DNA from: Acidobacteriaceae bacterium
GTDB lineage: Bacteria > Acidobacteriota > Terriglobia > Terriglobales > Acidobacteriaceae
Assembly: GCA_030041435.1 (NCBI GenBank)
Contig: JASHNW010000115.1
Coordinates: 38,921-102,920, forward strand
Reading direction: 5' to 3'
Length of the DNA: 64,000 nt
The notes beneath the pieces are model-generated. The model was not told the origin of the DNA. It made no database searches and saw only the letters and a list, made by a program, of their open reading frames with translations. This document shows positions 20,216 to 27,987 of this stretch, one piece after another. Position 1 is the first letter of the stretch, and each line of letters opens with the position of its first letter. The translations under genes and the position numbers were made by a program.

Positions 20216-20302
20216 TTGAGCCGTCTTGCGGGTGTCTGAGCCCGCAGGCGAAATCCCGAGCACAGCGAGGGACCTCGCTGCGTAGACTCCCGGAGAAGTG
20301 AA

Positions 20303-20379
20303 TGGTAGGCGAGGCGGGAATCGAACCCACAACCCCCGGCTTAGAAGGCCGGTGCTCTATCCGATTGAGCTACTCGCCC
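20303..20379 (-). tRNA. tRNA-Arg (anticodon TCT), CCA encoded
   Basis: Hand-folded cloverleaf: GGGCGAG-TA-GCTC-AATCGGATA-GAGC-A-CCGGC-CTTCTAA-GCCGG-GGGTT-GTGGG-TTCGATT-CCCGC-CTCGCCT-A-CCA. Confidence 0.95.
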
Positions 20380-20932
20380 GTGGTGTCTGCGCCTCACTCA
20401 TTGTAACGGCGACCGCTGCCCGCAGGATCGCTTCCCACGCGGCTTCCGCGGCGGCGGCATCGGCCCCGCAACCGGTGGCGTACAGCGTGATGCCGAAGCC
20501 GCCGCTCTCCTCGCCCAGGGCTGCCCGAATCACCAGATCGGCGCGTCCCCTGGCGAGCGGCAGCGCGCGCAGGCGCAGCACCGCCTGGCGCGCCCACGCT
20601 TCGTGGCCGTCGAAGGAGGCAAACAGCTCCGGATCCCGCGCCACAATGTCCACATAGCTGGCCGCCCCCACGCGCGCCGTCTCGCGGCTCGCCTCCAGCT
20701 CGTACGGATCCAGCTCCTCGGCCGGCACCGCCCACCGGTCGCACTTGCAGGTCAGCACCGGCGACTCCGGAGCGTTCAGCGCCGCCAGCGCCGCGTGCAG
20801 CGCTGAGCCCGGCGCGGCTTCCGCAATCCCCCCGATTGCCCCCGGGTCCGCGCGCAGATCGATGAACCCCGGCCAGTCCATACAAATCCGGTCGAGGCGC
20901 GGCCCGATCTCCGCGGCCCAGTCAGCTTCCAT
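20357..20932 (-). CDS. hypothetical protein; 3' end runs 23 nt into tRNA-Arg
   Basis: 191-aa ORF with plausible composition, overlapping the upstream hydrolase gene by 11 nt. No family recognised. The last 8 codons (..PRASSSIG) are tRNA sequence. Confidence 0.45.
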   Translation of the reverse strand: MEADWAAEIGPRLDRICMDWPGFIDLRADPGAIGGIAEAAPGSALHAALAALNAPESPVLTCKCDRWAVPAEELDPYELEASRETARVGAASYVDIVARDPELFASFDGHEAWARQAVLRLRALPLARGRADLVIRAALGEESGGFGITLYATGCGADAAAAEAAWEAILRAAVAVTMSEAQTPRASSSIG

Positions 20933-22001
20933 GGCTCAATTCCCTCTCGAGGACGTCGGCGCGCACCGGCCGCAGCAGAAACGCGAGCAGCGTCTTCTCC
21001 GCCCAGCGCCCGTCGTCCACGCCCCTGGCGGGATGCGACAGAAATGCGCAGTGCCCTCCCTGCTGCGTCTCGACAAAGGTGACGTGCGGATTCGCCTTGA
21101 GCGCCGCGCGCGTCGGCTCCAGCATGCGAATGAACGGATCGTCGGCAGAGTGCACGATCAGCGTCGGCCTCTCCAGCAGCGCGGCGTACTTCGAGCTGGC
21201 TACCGCATAGTAATAGTCGTCCGCGCCGCCGAACCCCCCGTAGCGCGCCACGATCTCCTCGTCGAAATCGCGCAGGGATCGGATCCCACTCACCCGCGCA
21301 TCGCCGTAAATGCGCGGATACAGCGCCTTCCGCCGCCGCACCCGCGCCAGCATATTCCTTAAAAAGTGCCACTCATAGATACGATTTTGCGGCTCATGCA
21401 GCGCCGCCGACGAAACCGCCAGATCCATGAGCGGCGAGACCCCCACCACCGCCTTCAGCTCCGCCGGCGCGGCGCTTCCCTGCTCGCCGGCGTACTTCAG
21501 CACCAGATTGCCGCCCATCGAGTAGCCCACCAGCGCCACCGCGTCCAGCTGCTGCCGGGCGACAATCGCCTCCAGCACGCGCCCCACATCGCCCGACCGC
21601 CCCGAGTGATAGATCGTTGGCGACAGCTCATCTGTCCCACCGCACGAGCGCATATTCATCCGCACCACGTTCAGCCCCGCCCGCAGCGCGCGCGCCGTAT
21701 TGCCCAGAATGTACTGCGAGCTCGACGAGCCTTCCAGCCCATGCACCAGCACCACCGTCAGCCGCTCCCGCCGCACTTCCGGCGGCTGCCAGTGACAGTG
21801 GCACAGCACCTGCGTCGTCCCATAGCCCGCCACCGGCCCCTCCACTTCCACCAGCAGCGGCTCCGGCTCGGGAATTTGTAACCGTCGCGGCAGAAAATTC
21901 CCCGCCAGCGTCTGCAGATGCCCGCTGCGCAGCCAGCGCCGCGGCACAAAGGCTTCCGGCCAATCCTGAATGGCTTCCGCCGAACGCGCAGTTTCCGTCA
22001 C
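20922..22001 (-). CDS. alpha/beta hydrolase, YheT/ABHD1-3-like
   Basis: VVLVHGLEGSSSSQYI..NMRSCGG..GYSMGGN nucleophile elbow. Length and order of motifs are typical of the YheT family. Confidence 0.8.
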   Translation of the reverse strand: MTETARSAEAIQDWPEAFVPRRWLRSGHLQTLAGNFLPRRLQIPEPEPLLVEVEGPVAGYGTTQVLCHCHWQPPEVRRERLTVVLVHGLEGSSSSQYILGNTARALRAGLNVVRMNMRSCGGTDELSPTIYHSGRSGDVGRVLEAIVARQQLDAVALVGYSMGGNLVLKYAGEQGSAAPAELKAVVGVSPLMDLAVSSAALHEPQNRIYEWHFLRNMLARVRRRKALYPRIYGDARVSGIRSLRDFDEEIVARYGGFGGADDYYYAVASSKYAALLERPTLIVHSADDPFIRMLEPTRAALKANPHVTFVETQQGGHCAFLSHPARGVDDGRWAEKTLLAFLLRPVRADVLERELSHGS

Positions 22002-22747
22002 GACGCGCGCCCCCGCACCCGCTCCAGCACCGCCGCCGCCCGCAGCGCCCCCGTCGGCTCATCCTCATGCTTGAAATAGGCGAACGCATCGCCGCGTTTC
22101 GCCTGCTTCGTTAGCAAGTCGGCGACCTCCGTCAGCCGCGCCTTCGAATATCTGCTCTTCCGCAGCCGATAGCAGCTGAACGGAGCGGTCGCCACATCCG
22201 GCGTCTCCAGCTCATCGCTCTCCGCCACGCACAGTGCCGCCTTGCTCCGCTCCAGCAGCTTGTAAATCTCCGCATCGAACCACGACGCATGCCGAAATTC
22301 AAACGCCAGCCGCAGCCCCAGCGTCTTCGCATCGTCCAGGAATGCCGCCAGCCGCTCCGCATCGGCCTTCATATTCGGAGGCAGCTGAAACAGCACGAGC
22401 CCCAGCCGCCCCGCCTGCGCCACCGGGCGAATCGCCTCGGCAAACTCCGCCAGCGCCGCGCCGCACTCCTTCAATCGGCGAATATGCGTGATCCGCTGCG
22501 GCGCCTTAAAGCTGAATCGGAAGCCGTCGCCGGTCTGCGCCAGCCACGCATCCACCGTCGAACGGCTCGGCAGCGAGCGAAAGGTATAGTTCACCTCAAC
22601 GGAGTTGAGCCGCGTCGCGTAGTGTTCCAGAAATTTTTTCGAAGAGACGCTGGCCGGATAGAACCCCGGCTTCCAGCTTGGATACGCCCACCCTGAGCAC
22701 CCCACGTACGCGGCGCCGCCGGATGTCCTGCCTGTCGGTCGTTTCAC
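21998..22747 (-). CDS. DUF72 (YecE-like) domain protein
   Basis: GCSGWAYPSWKPGFYP..FLEHYATRLNSVEVNYTFRSLP.. is the DUF72 signature. The ORF-track start (22915) would overlap tRNA-His, so the in-frame GTG at 22747 is used. Confidence 0.8.
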   Translation of the reverse strand: MKRPTGRTSGGAAYVGCSGWAYPSWKPGFYPASVSSKKFLEHYATRLNSVEVNYTFRSLPSRSTVDAWLAQTGDGFRFSFKAPQRITHIRRLKECGAALAEFAEAIRPVAQAGRLGLVLFQLPPNMKADAERLAAFLDDAKTLGLRLAFEFRHASWFDAEIYKLLERSKAALCVAESDELETPDVATAPFSCYRLRKSRYSKARLTEVADLLTKQAKRGDAFAYFKHEDEPTGALRAAAVLERVRGRAS

Positions 22748-22785
22748 TGGAGTGTGCGGATTGCCGGGGCTGCGAAGATCTGGTT

Positions 22786-22861
22786 TGGGGCGGCTAGTGG
22801 GGATCGAACCCACGACATCCTGAGCCACAGTCAGGCGTTCTGCCGCTGAACTATAGCCGCC
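22786..22861 (-). tRNA. tRNA-His (anticodon GTG) with encoded G-1 and CCA
   Basis: G-GCGGCTA-TA-GTTC-AGCGGCA-GAAC-G-CCTGA-CTGTGGC-TCAGG-ATGTC-GTGGG-TTCGATC-CCCAC-TAGCCGC-C-CCA. Confidence 0.95.
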
Positions 22862-22926
22862 ATTCCCACCTCGATTGTAGCATTGGCAGCACAGCGATCC
22901 CGCGCCCCGCCGCATCGCGTTCTCTC

Positions 22927-23454
22927 GTGGCCGACCGTCCCAATCCGGAGATTCTGCCCCCGCCGCGCCGCTTCGGCCCAGGCTTGCGCGCGCGCGCCGA
23001 GCAGCTCTTCTCCGACGAAAATCTCGACCTGCTCGCGCATCTGCTCGACGACTGGTTCCGCATCCCCGGCACCTCCATCCGCCTCGGGCTCGACGGCCTC
23101 GTTGGCCTCATCCCCGGCCTCGGCGACATGCTCGCCGGCATCGCCTCGTCCCTGCTCATTCTCGCTGCATGGATTCGCGGCGTCCCGTACGTCACGCTCG
23201 TCCGCATGGTCGTCAATCTCGGCCTCGACGTCGTCGTCGGAGCCATTCCCTTCTTCGGCGACATCTTCGACATCGCGTGGAAAGCCAACCGCCGCAACTA
23301 CCGCCTCATGATCCGCCACCTGCAGCAGCCGCATCGCCACACCTGGCGCGATTATGTCTTCCTCCTCTGCCTCGCCGGAATCATCCTCGTCATCCTGGCC
23401 ACGCCCGTCATTGCGCTGCTGCTCATCCTCATCTGGCTGCTGCACCGGCTGTGA
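22927..23454 (+). CDS. DUF4112 domain membrane protein
   Basis: LLDDWFRIPGTSIRLGLDGLVGLIPGLGD..GAIPFFGDIFDIAWKANRRN is the DUF4112 signature, by recall. Confidence 0.75.
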   Translation: MADRPNPEILPPPRRFGPGLRARAEQLFSDENLDLLAHLLDDWFRIPGTSIRLGLDGLVGLIPGLGDMLAGIASSLLILAAWIRGVPYVTLVRMVVNLGLDVVVGAIPFFGDIFDIAWKANRRNYRLMIRHLQQPHRHTWRDYVFLLCLAGIILVILATPVIALLLILIWLLHRL

Positions 23455-23557
23455 ACCGGTTCCATCGGCGCAGATGCTCGTGTCCCCCATCCGACGCGAT
23501 ACAATCGCTCCTTCGGGCGCGGATTGATTCGCCTCTCTCCGTCCCGCCTTTTGCCCT

Positions 23558-24343
23558 ATGGATCTCGGCCTCAAAGACAGTGTCATCATGGTCACCGGCG
23601 GCGGCGCAGGCATTGGCGCGGCCATCTCGCGCGCCTGCCTCGACGAGGGCGCTACCGTTGTAGTCGTCAGCCGCGCCTCCGACAACGTCAAAAGATTCCT
23701 CGCCGAGATGCGCGACGCCGGGCGCACGTGCGACTTCGTCGAAGCTCATCTCGCCGACGTCGCTCAGTGCCGGGACGCCGTCGACTACGTTCGCGGCAAA
23801 TACGGCCGCATGCTCGGCCTGGTGAACAACGCGGGCGCCAACGACGGTGTCGGCCTCGAGTCCGGCTCGCCCGACCGCTTTATCGAGAGCCTGAAGCAGA
23901 ATCTGCTGCACTATTACGCCATCGCGCACTACGCTCTGCCCATGCTGAAGGCCTCGCGCGGCTCCATCGTCAACATCAGTTCCAAGGTCGCGCTCACCGG
24001 CCAGGGCGGAACCTCCGCCTACGCCGCCGCCAAGGGCGCGCAGCTCGCTCTCACCCGTGAATGGGCCGCCGAGCTCGCCCCCTTCGGCCTGCGCGCCAAT
24101 GCGGTCCTTCCTGCCGAAGTCATGACGCCCCTCTACGCGCGCTGGATTTCCAGCCGCCCCGACCCCGAGCAGGCCCTGGCGGAAATCGCGCGCCGCATCC
24201 CGCTCGGCCATCGCATGACGGAAGCCTCCGAAATCGCCGCCATGACCGTCTTCCTGCTGTCGCCCACGCAGAGCGCCCACACCACCGGCCAGCTCATGGT
24301 GGTCGATGGCGGCTACACCCACCTCGATCGCGCGCTCACCTGA
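23558..24343 (+). CDS. SDR family oxidoreductase
   Basis: TGGGAGIG cofactor motif, NNAG, and the catalytic S..Y-x3-K (SAYAAAK). Confidence 0.9.
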   Translation: MDLGLKDSVIMVTGGGAGIGAAISRACLDEGATVVVVSRASDNVKRFLAEMRDAGRTCDFVEAHLADVAQCRDAVDYVRGKYGRMLGLVNNAGANDGVGLESGSPDRFIESLKQNLLHYYAIAHYALPMLKASRGSIVNISSKVALTGQGGTSAYAAAKGAQLALTREWAAELAPFGLRANAVLPAEVMTPLYARWISSRPDPEQALAEIARRIPLGHRMTEASEIAAMTVFLLSPTQSAHTTGQLMVVDGGYTHLDRALT

Positions 24344-24444
24344 GGCGAACCCGCATCGGCACGGCTCGAAAACCGATCCCCTGCGATACAATCGCACCAT
24401 CGGGACCCTCACCACGCCGCTGTCGGCAAGGTGGGGTCATGAGT

Positions 24445-24521
24445 CGGGGCGTAGCGCAGTCTGGTAGCGCATCTGCTTTGGGAGCAGAGGGTCGGGGGTT
24501 CAAATCCCTCCGCCCCGACCA
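24445..24521 (+). tRNA. tRNA-Pro (anticodon TGG), CCA encoded
   Basis: CGGGGCG-TA-GCGC-AGTCTGGTA-GCGC-A-TCTGC-TTTGGGA-GCAGA-GGGTC-GGGGG-TTCAAAT-CCCTC-CGCCCCG-A-CCA. Confidence 0.95.
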
Positions 24522-24644
24522 TTGGAAGCCTCTGCTTATCCGACGGAACGCTGCCATTCCGCCAGCGCATTTGTTTTTTTCCGCTGCAAAGGACGAGTGG
24601 GCCCTGCAAGCCCTCGATTGCCTTGCCTGGGCGCATGCCCTCGG

Positions 24645-26429
24645 TCAGCGCACCAGCGGATTCGCCGTCCCCGCTCCCGGCTGGATCACCGCCGAGCAAG
24701 TCTGCTGCGGAGCCGCCGGTGGGTTCGCTGCATGTACCGCTTTGCTGCGAGCTTCCACGCCCGCGCGCTTCACGGGTTCCACCGGGCCTCCCGTAATCGA
24801 CAGCGTCAGCGTGGTCTTGCACGTCTCCACGCTGTTCGTTACGCTCACGGTGGCGCTCGAGATCCCGGCGGTGGTGGGCGTTCCCGAGATCAGGCCGGTC
24901 GCGGCATTGATTGACAAGCCGGGCGGTAATCCCGTCGCCGCAAAGGTGGTGGCCGAAGACCCCGTCTCCAGTACTTTGCTTCCCGGCGCAGGCAGCCCGG
25001 CCGCGTCGTCGTCCAGCACCAGCACCCAGTCATTCGAGTCCGGCGGCGTGAAATTCTGGCTCCCGCTGCTGCTGAAGGTTCCCAGATTGGTCGCAGCGCC
25101 CGTCTGCGGATTGAACCACCAGGCCTGCGCCGTGCCGGCGTTGCTCACGATGCCCGCCATGTTGATCGTGACGGATGTCGCGTTCCCGTTGGGGATGTAG
25201 GCGATCATCGTTTGTCCATCCGAGCTGCGGGATAACACGGAGATGCTTGTCCCGGAGCCGTAACCACCCGTCAGATAGTTATTGTTGACGTCGGCCTGCA
25301 TCTTCCAGAACTCGCGAGAACGCAGCAGAGCCCCTTCCCACGCCTGATCCACCGAGCCCTGCGAACTGAGCTGGCTCTGCCACGTTGCTCCCATCGTGTC
25401 GGAAGGGCCGCCCATCGTCCAGATTGCATTGTTGCCGAACAAATTCCCCAGCGGACACCCGGAAAGGATTCCCCAGTAACCTTCCTCGCGGACCTGTAAC
25501 TCCGACAGGCCGTGCTCGCCCTCGTACCACGTTTCCCCCAGCAGATTGGGCAGCGGATAAGTCGCAGCGTTATAACCGCATCCGAACTGAACGCTCTGGT
25601 ACTGGTTGTAAGTCCAGTCCACGTTGAGCCACGAAGCGCAGGTGGACGTGCAGTAGGCGTACCCGCTGGACGATTCTGTCGGGCCGTCGTCGGCCTGCGG
25701 CGTGCCTTCCATGGTGATCAAATGCACTGCGTCCACCGATCGGATGCCCGTGGCGATGTCTGCTACCTTCGCATAGAACGGGGGCAATGTATCTCCGCCC
25801 AGGGTCCAGACAATATTCGGGTAGCTTTGATACCGGCTGCCAAGCCATGCGCCATAGGCAATCAGGGTCGCGTCCGAGCTGTTCTCGTAGGACGTGTAAT
25901 AGCCGCCGTTGGGACTGTCCCCAACGAAAGCCGGCGACGCAAATGCAGTCAGTCCATACGTTGCCATGCGGCCCAACACGTAATCTACGTGCGCCCAGTA
26001 GGTCGCATCCTCGTTCGTAAAGTCCGCCCCGTCAAACGGCGAATTTCCGTAGTAATCCTCCGGCGCGTTTGTCTGATATGTGTTGTCCGCCAACGCCACC
26101 CAGATACAGTTATAGCCGCGCGAGGCTCGGTCGGAGAGATACGTTTCCAGGTCGGCGTTCGATAACTCGACGATCAGATCCCACGCGTCCTCGCCCGCGC
26201 AGAATTGCGGCCGATCGGTCGCTGTATTCATCAGGTACGTATGGGTCGGGTCGAGCCCAATGTATTGCTCGCCCGCCACTGTCACCTGATAGTAGAAGCC
26301 CGTTCCCACCGTTCCGTTTGCAGTGGGCACGCTGGTGATTTCCGGTCGCGTTGCAGCCACTGCTGCGATGGGAAACAAAAAAAAGATCGCGGCAAGAATC
26401 TCTTTGTTTTTCGCAGATTTTTGTATCAA
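24645..26429 (-). CDS. secreted DUF4038 / GH140-like glycoside hydrolase with C-terminal Ig-like (He_PIG-type) repeat
   Basis: ..YLSDRASRGYNCIWVALADN..YYGNSPF..WAHVDYVL..GAWLGSRYQSYPNIVWTLGGD.. resembles the apiosidase-like DUF4038 catalytic domain. C-terminal TGLPPGLSINAATGLISGTPT. A TTG start at 26429 gives the signal peptide MIQKSAKNKEILAAIFFLFPIAAVAA (track start: 26498). Confidence 0.6.
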   Translation of the reverse strand: MIQKSAKNKEILAAIFFLFPIAAVAATRPEITSVPTANGTVGTGFYYQVTVAGEQYIGLDPTHTYLMNTATDRPQFCAGEDAWDLIVELSNADLETYLSDRASRGYNCIWVALADNTYQTNAPEDYYGNSPFDGADFTNEDATYWAHVDYVLGRMATYGLTAFASPAFVGDSPNGGYYTSYENSSDATLIAYGAWLGSRYQSYPNIVWTLGGDTLPPFYAKVADIATGIRSVDAVHLITMEGTPQADDGPTESSSGYAYCTSTCASWLNVDWTYNQYQSVQFGCGYNAATYPLPNLLGETWYEGEHGLSELQVREEGYWGILSGCPLGNLFGNNAIWTMGGPSDTMGATWQSQLSSQGSVDQAWEGALLRSREFWKMQADVNNNYLTGGYGSGTSISVLSRSSDGQTMIAYIPNGNATSVTINMAGIVSNAGTAQAWWFNPQTGAATNLGTFSSSGSQNFTPPDSNDWVLVLDDDAAGLPAPGSKVLETGSSATTFAATGLPPGLSINAATGLISGTPTTAGISSATVSVTNSVETCKTTLTLSITGGPVEPVKRAGVEARSKAVHAANPPAAPQQTCSAVIQPGAGTANPLVR

Positions 26430-26809
26430 GATGCGTCGCCTCAAGCCAACTGAGAGATGTGGCCCCTCTTGCGCGCGTTGCCTCGTGGGCGGGAACAATT
26501 GAGCTGAACGGCGACTGATGGATTCTCTCAGTCAGCAAACCTGGGGGAACCATTTTTCAGCGTAGAGCGGACCGATCTGGCGGGCAAGCTAACTTTAGTA
26601 CTCAGGCATTCTTGACGTTACCCCTCTTTTTGCAACAAGGTAACGAACCGGCCGCATGCCTCCGCATCTCTCGGACTACAGCAGTTTCCCAGCCGGCAAT
26701 TTTCGGAGGGAAGGACAGGTCCGCCATGCGGTATGATCCGGCGGGCGCCGAATCGCGTCACGGATTGCTGCAGGCTCCCCTGCAGCCGCTCGTTGCCGAG
26801 GCGAGGCCT

Positions 26810-27655
26810 CTACCGACGATGTTCCAGTTCCCCCCGCTGCTCCACCACCCACCGCACAAACTCATGCCCCGCCGCGTACTGGTCGTAGATCGCCGGCAGC
26901 TTCTTCCCGTCGGTGTACTCGTTATAGAGCCACGGATCCGTCACCGCGACCACCAGCCCGCGCCCATACCGCGCATCGGCCATCAGCGTATCGCCCTTCC
27001 ACACCAGCAGCGCCGTCGCACCCTTTGACAAGGTGAGTGAGCACGTGTCCTTCATATAGATCGTGTGCGGATGCGTGAACGGCGGCACAGCCGCGACGTC
27101 GATGCGCCCCGCCGGAAAATCGTCCCCCACCACGTGGTGCACCAGCACGTTGTTGAAGTGCAGCCCAAACCGGTCCGCCAGCACATCGAAATGCACAATG
27201 TCCGCGTTCCCAGGATCGTTTTCCATCGTCAGCAGCACTCCGCCGCGCCGCACCCACTTCTCAATCTGCCTCGCATCCTTCTGCGTCATGAAATGTGGAT
27301 GCGGATTCCGGGCCAGGTTATCCGGTGACACGATCATGTAATACTGCGCACCCTTCAGATTGTCGAGCGTCGGCGCGGTAGTCAGTGTCTTCGTTGTGAC
27401 TCCCTCGCCGCGCCATATCTCCCCAAACAGCGAATACCCCGAGTTCGTCGTGTCATCCCACTTATAGTGGTATAACTCTATCTCCCCCGCCGCATTCTTC
27501 CGCGTCTGGCTGTTGAACCACGCGTCCAGCAGGATTGTCCCGTGCGATGCGTAGAGCGACGGCGGCTGCTCCTGCGCCCTCGCCGCGCACGCCGTCCACG
27601 CCCCGCACACGACCGCCGCCACGACTGTGGCGCGCCATTTTGCTCTGCTACGCAA
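26810..27655 (-). CDS. secreted protein of unknown function (DUF4350-like, my recollection)
   Basis: A TTG start at 27655 (GGAGGGGA upstream) gives the signal peptide MRSRAKWRATVVAAVVCGAWTACAARAQE. The longer track ORF (to 27913) would read through the palindromic element at 27720-27987. Confidence 0.5.
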   Translation of the reverse strand: MRSRAKWRATVVAAVVCGAWTACAARAQEQPPSLYASHGTILLDAWFNSQTRKNAAGEIELYHYKWDDTTNSGYSLFGEIWRGEGVTTKTLTTAPTLDNLKGAQYYMIVSPDNLARNPHPHFMTQKDARQIEKWVRRGGVLLTMENDPGNADIVHFDVLADRFGLHFNNVLVHHVVGDDFPAGRIDVAAVPPFTHPHTIYMKDTCSLTLSKGATALLVWKGDTLMADARYGRGLVVAVTDPWLYNEYTDGKKLPAIYDQYAAGHEFVRWVVEQRGELEHRR

Positions 27656-27719
27656 TCCCCTCCAACCCGCCAGAACCTCTGGCCCCGATCTCCGCTCGCT
27701 CAAGTCTGTACGCTCCCTG

Positions 27720-27987
27720 GAGGCTGTTATTAACTTTCGCACGACCGGCGCTGAGAGCCCATTTTCCTCAGTTCGAGGAGCGAGGAGCGACAGATACCGA
27801 GTGTATCTTAGCGACGAGCGACGACGAAATGGGGAAAATGGGCCCCAGCCCTGCGGGTTGCGGGGGAAAATCGGGCCATACTTCATTCTCGCCCTCGACA
27901 GTGGACCCGCCACAGCCTTCGGGCTCGGCTTCGTCTGGCCCGATTTTCCCTCGCAACGCCGGCCGCGGGAAAGTTAATAACAGCCTC
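27720..27987. repeat. 268-bp MITE-like / highly structured palindromic element
   Basis: Perfect 19-bp terminal inverted repeats GAGGCTGTTATTAACTTTC (27720-27738) and GAAAGTTAATAACAGCCTC (27969-27987). Inside are four copies of GGGAAAAT(C)GGGCC arranged as two nested hairpins. Confidence 0.55.

Noticed and set aside
20192-20290. A second, longer (type II-like) tRNA or tmRNA 3' domain downstream of tRNA-Arg.
   Set aside because: Only the last 24 nt resemble a tRNA. The sequence 5' of the T-loop cannot pair to form a T-stem. No complementary acceptor 5' strand is present, the candidate anticodon hairpin has an 8-nt loop, and there is no room for a tmRNA body.
21799-21813. Sigma54-like TGGCAC-N5-CTGC on the + strand.
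   Set aside because: It lies deep inside, and antisense to, the YheT-like hydrolase gene. There is no downstream + strand gene and the -12 element is imperfect.
26377-26384. A8 run on the + strand (T8 on the coding strand) inside the signal-peptide region of the GH140-like gene, as a possible slippage site.
   Set aside because: The reading frame is intact across it (..AAIFFLFPIA..), so there is no evidence of frameshift or phase variation here. I noted it only by analogy with the G8 tract at 38763.
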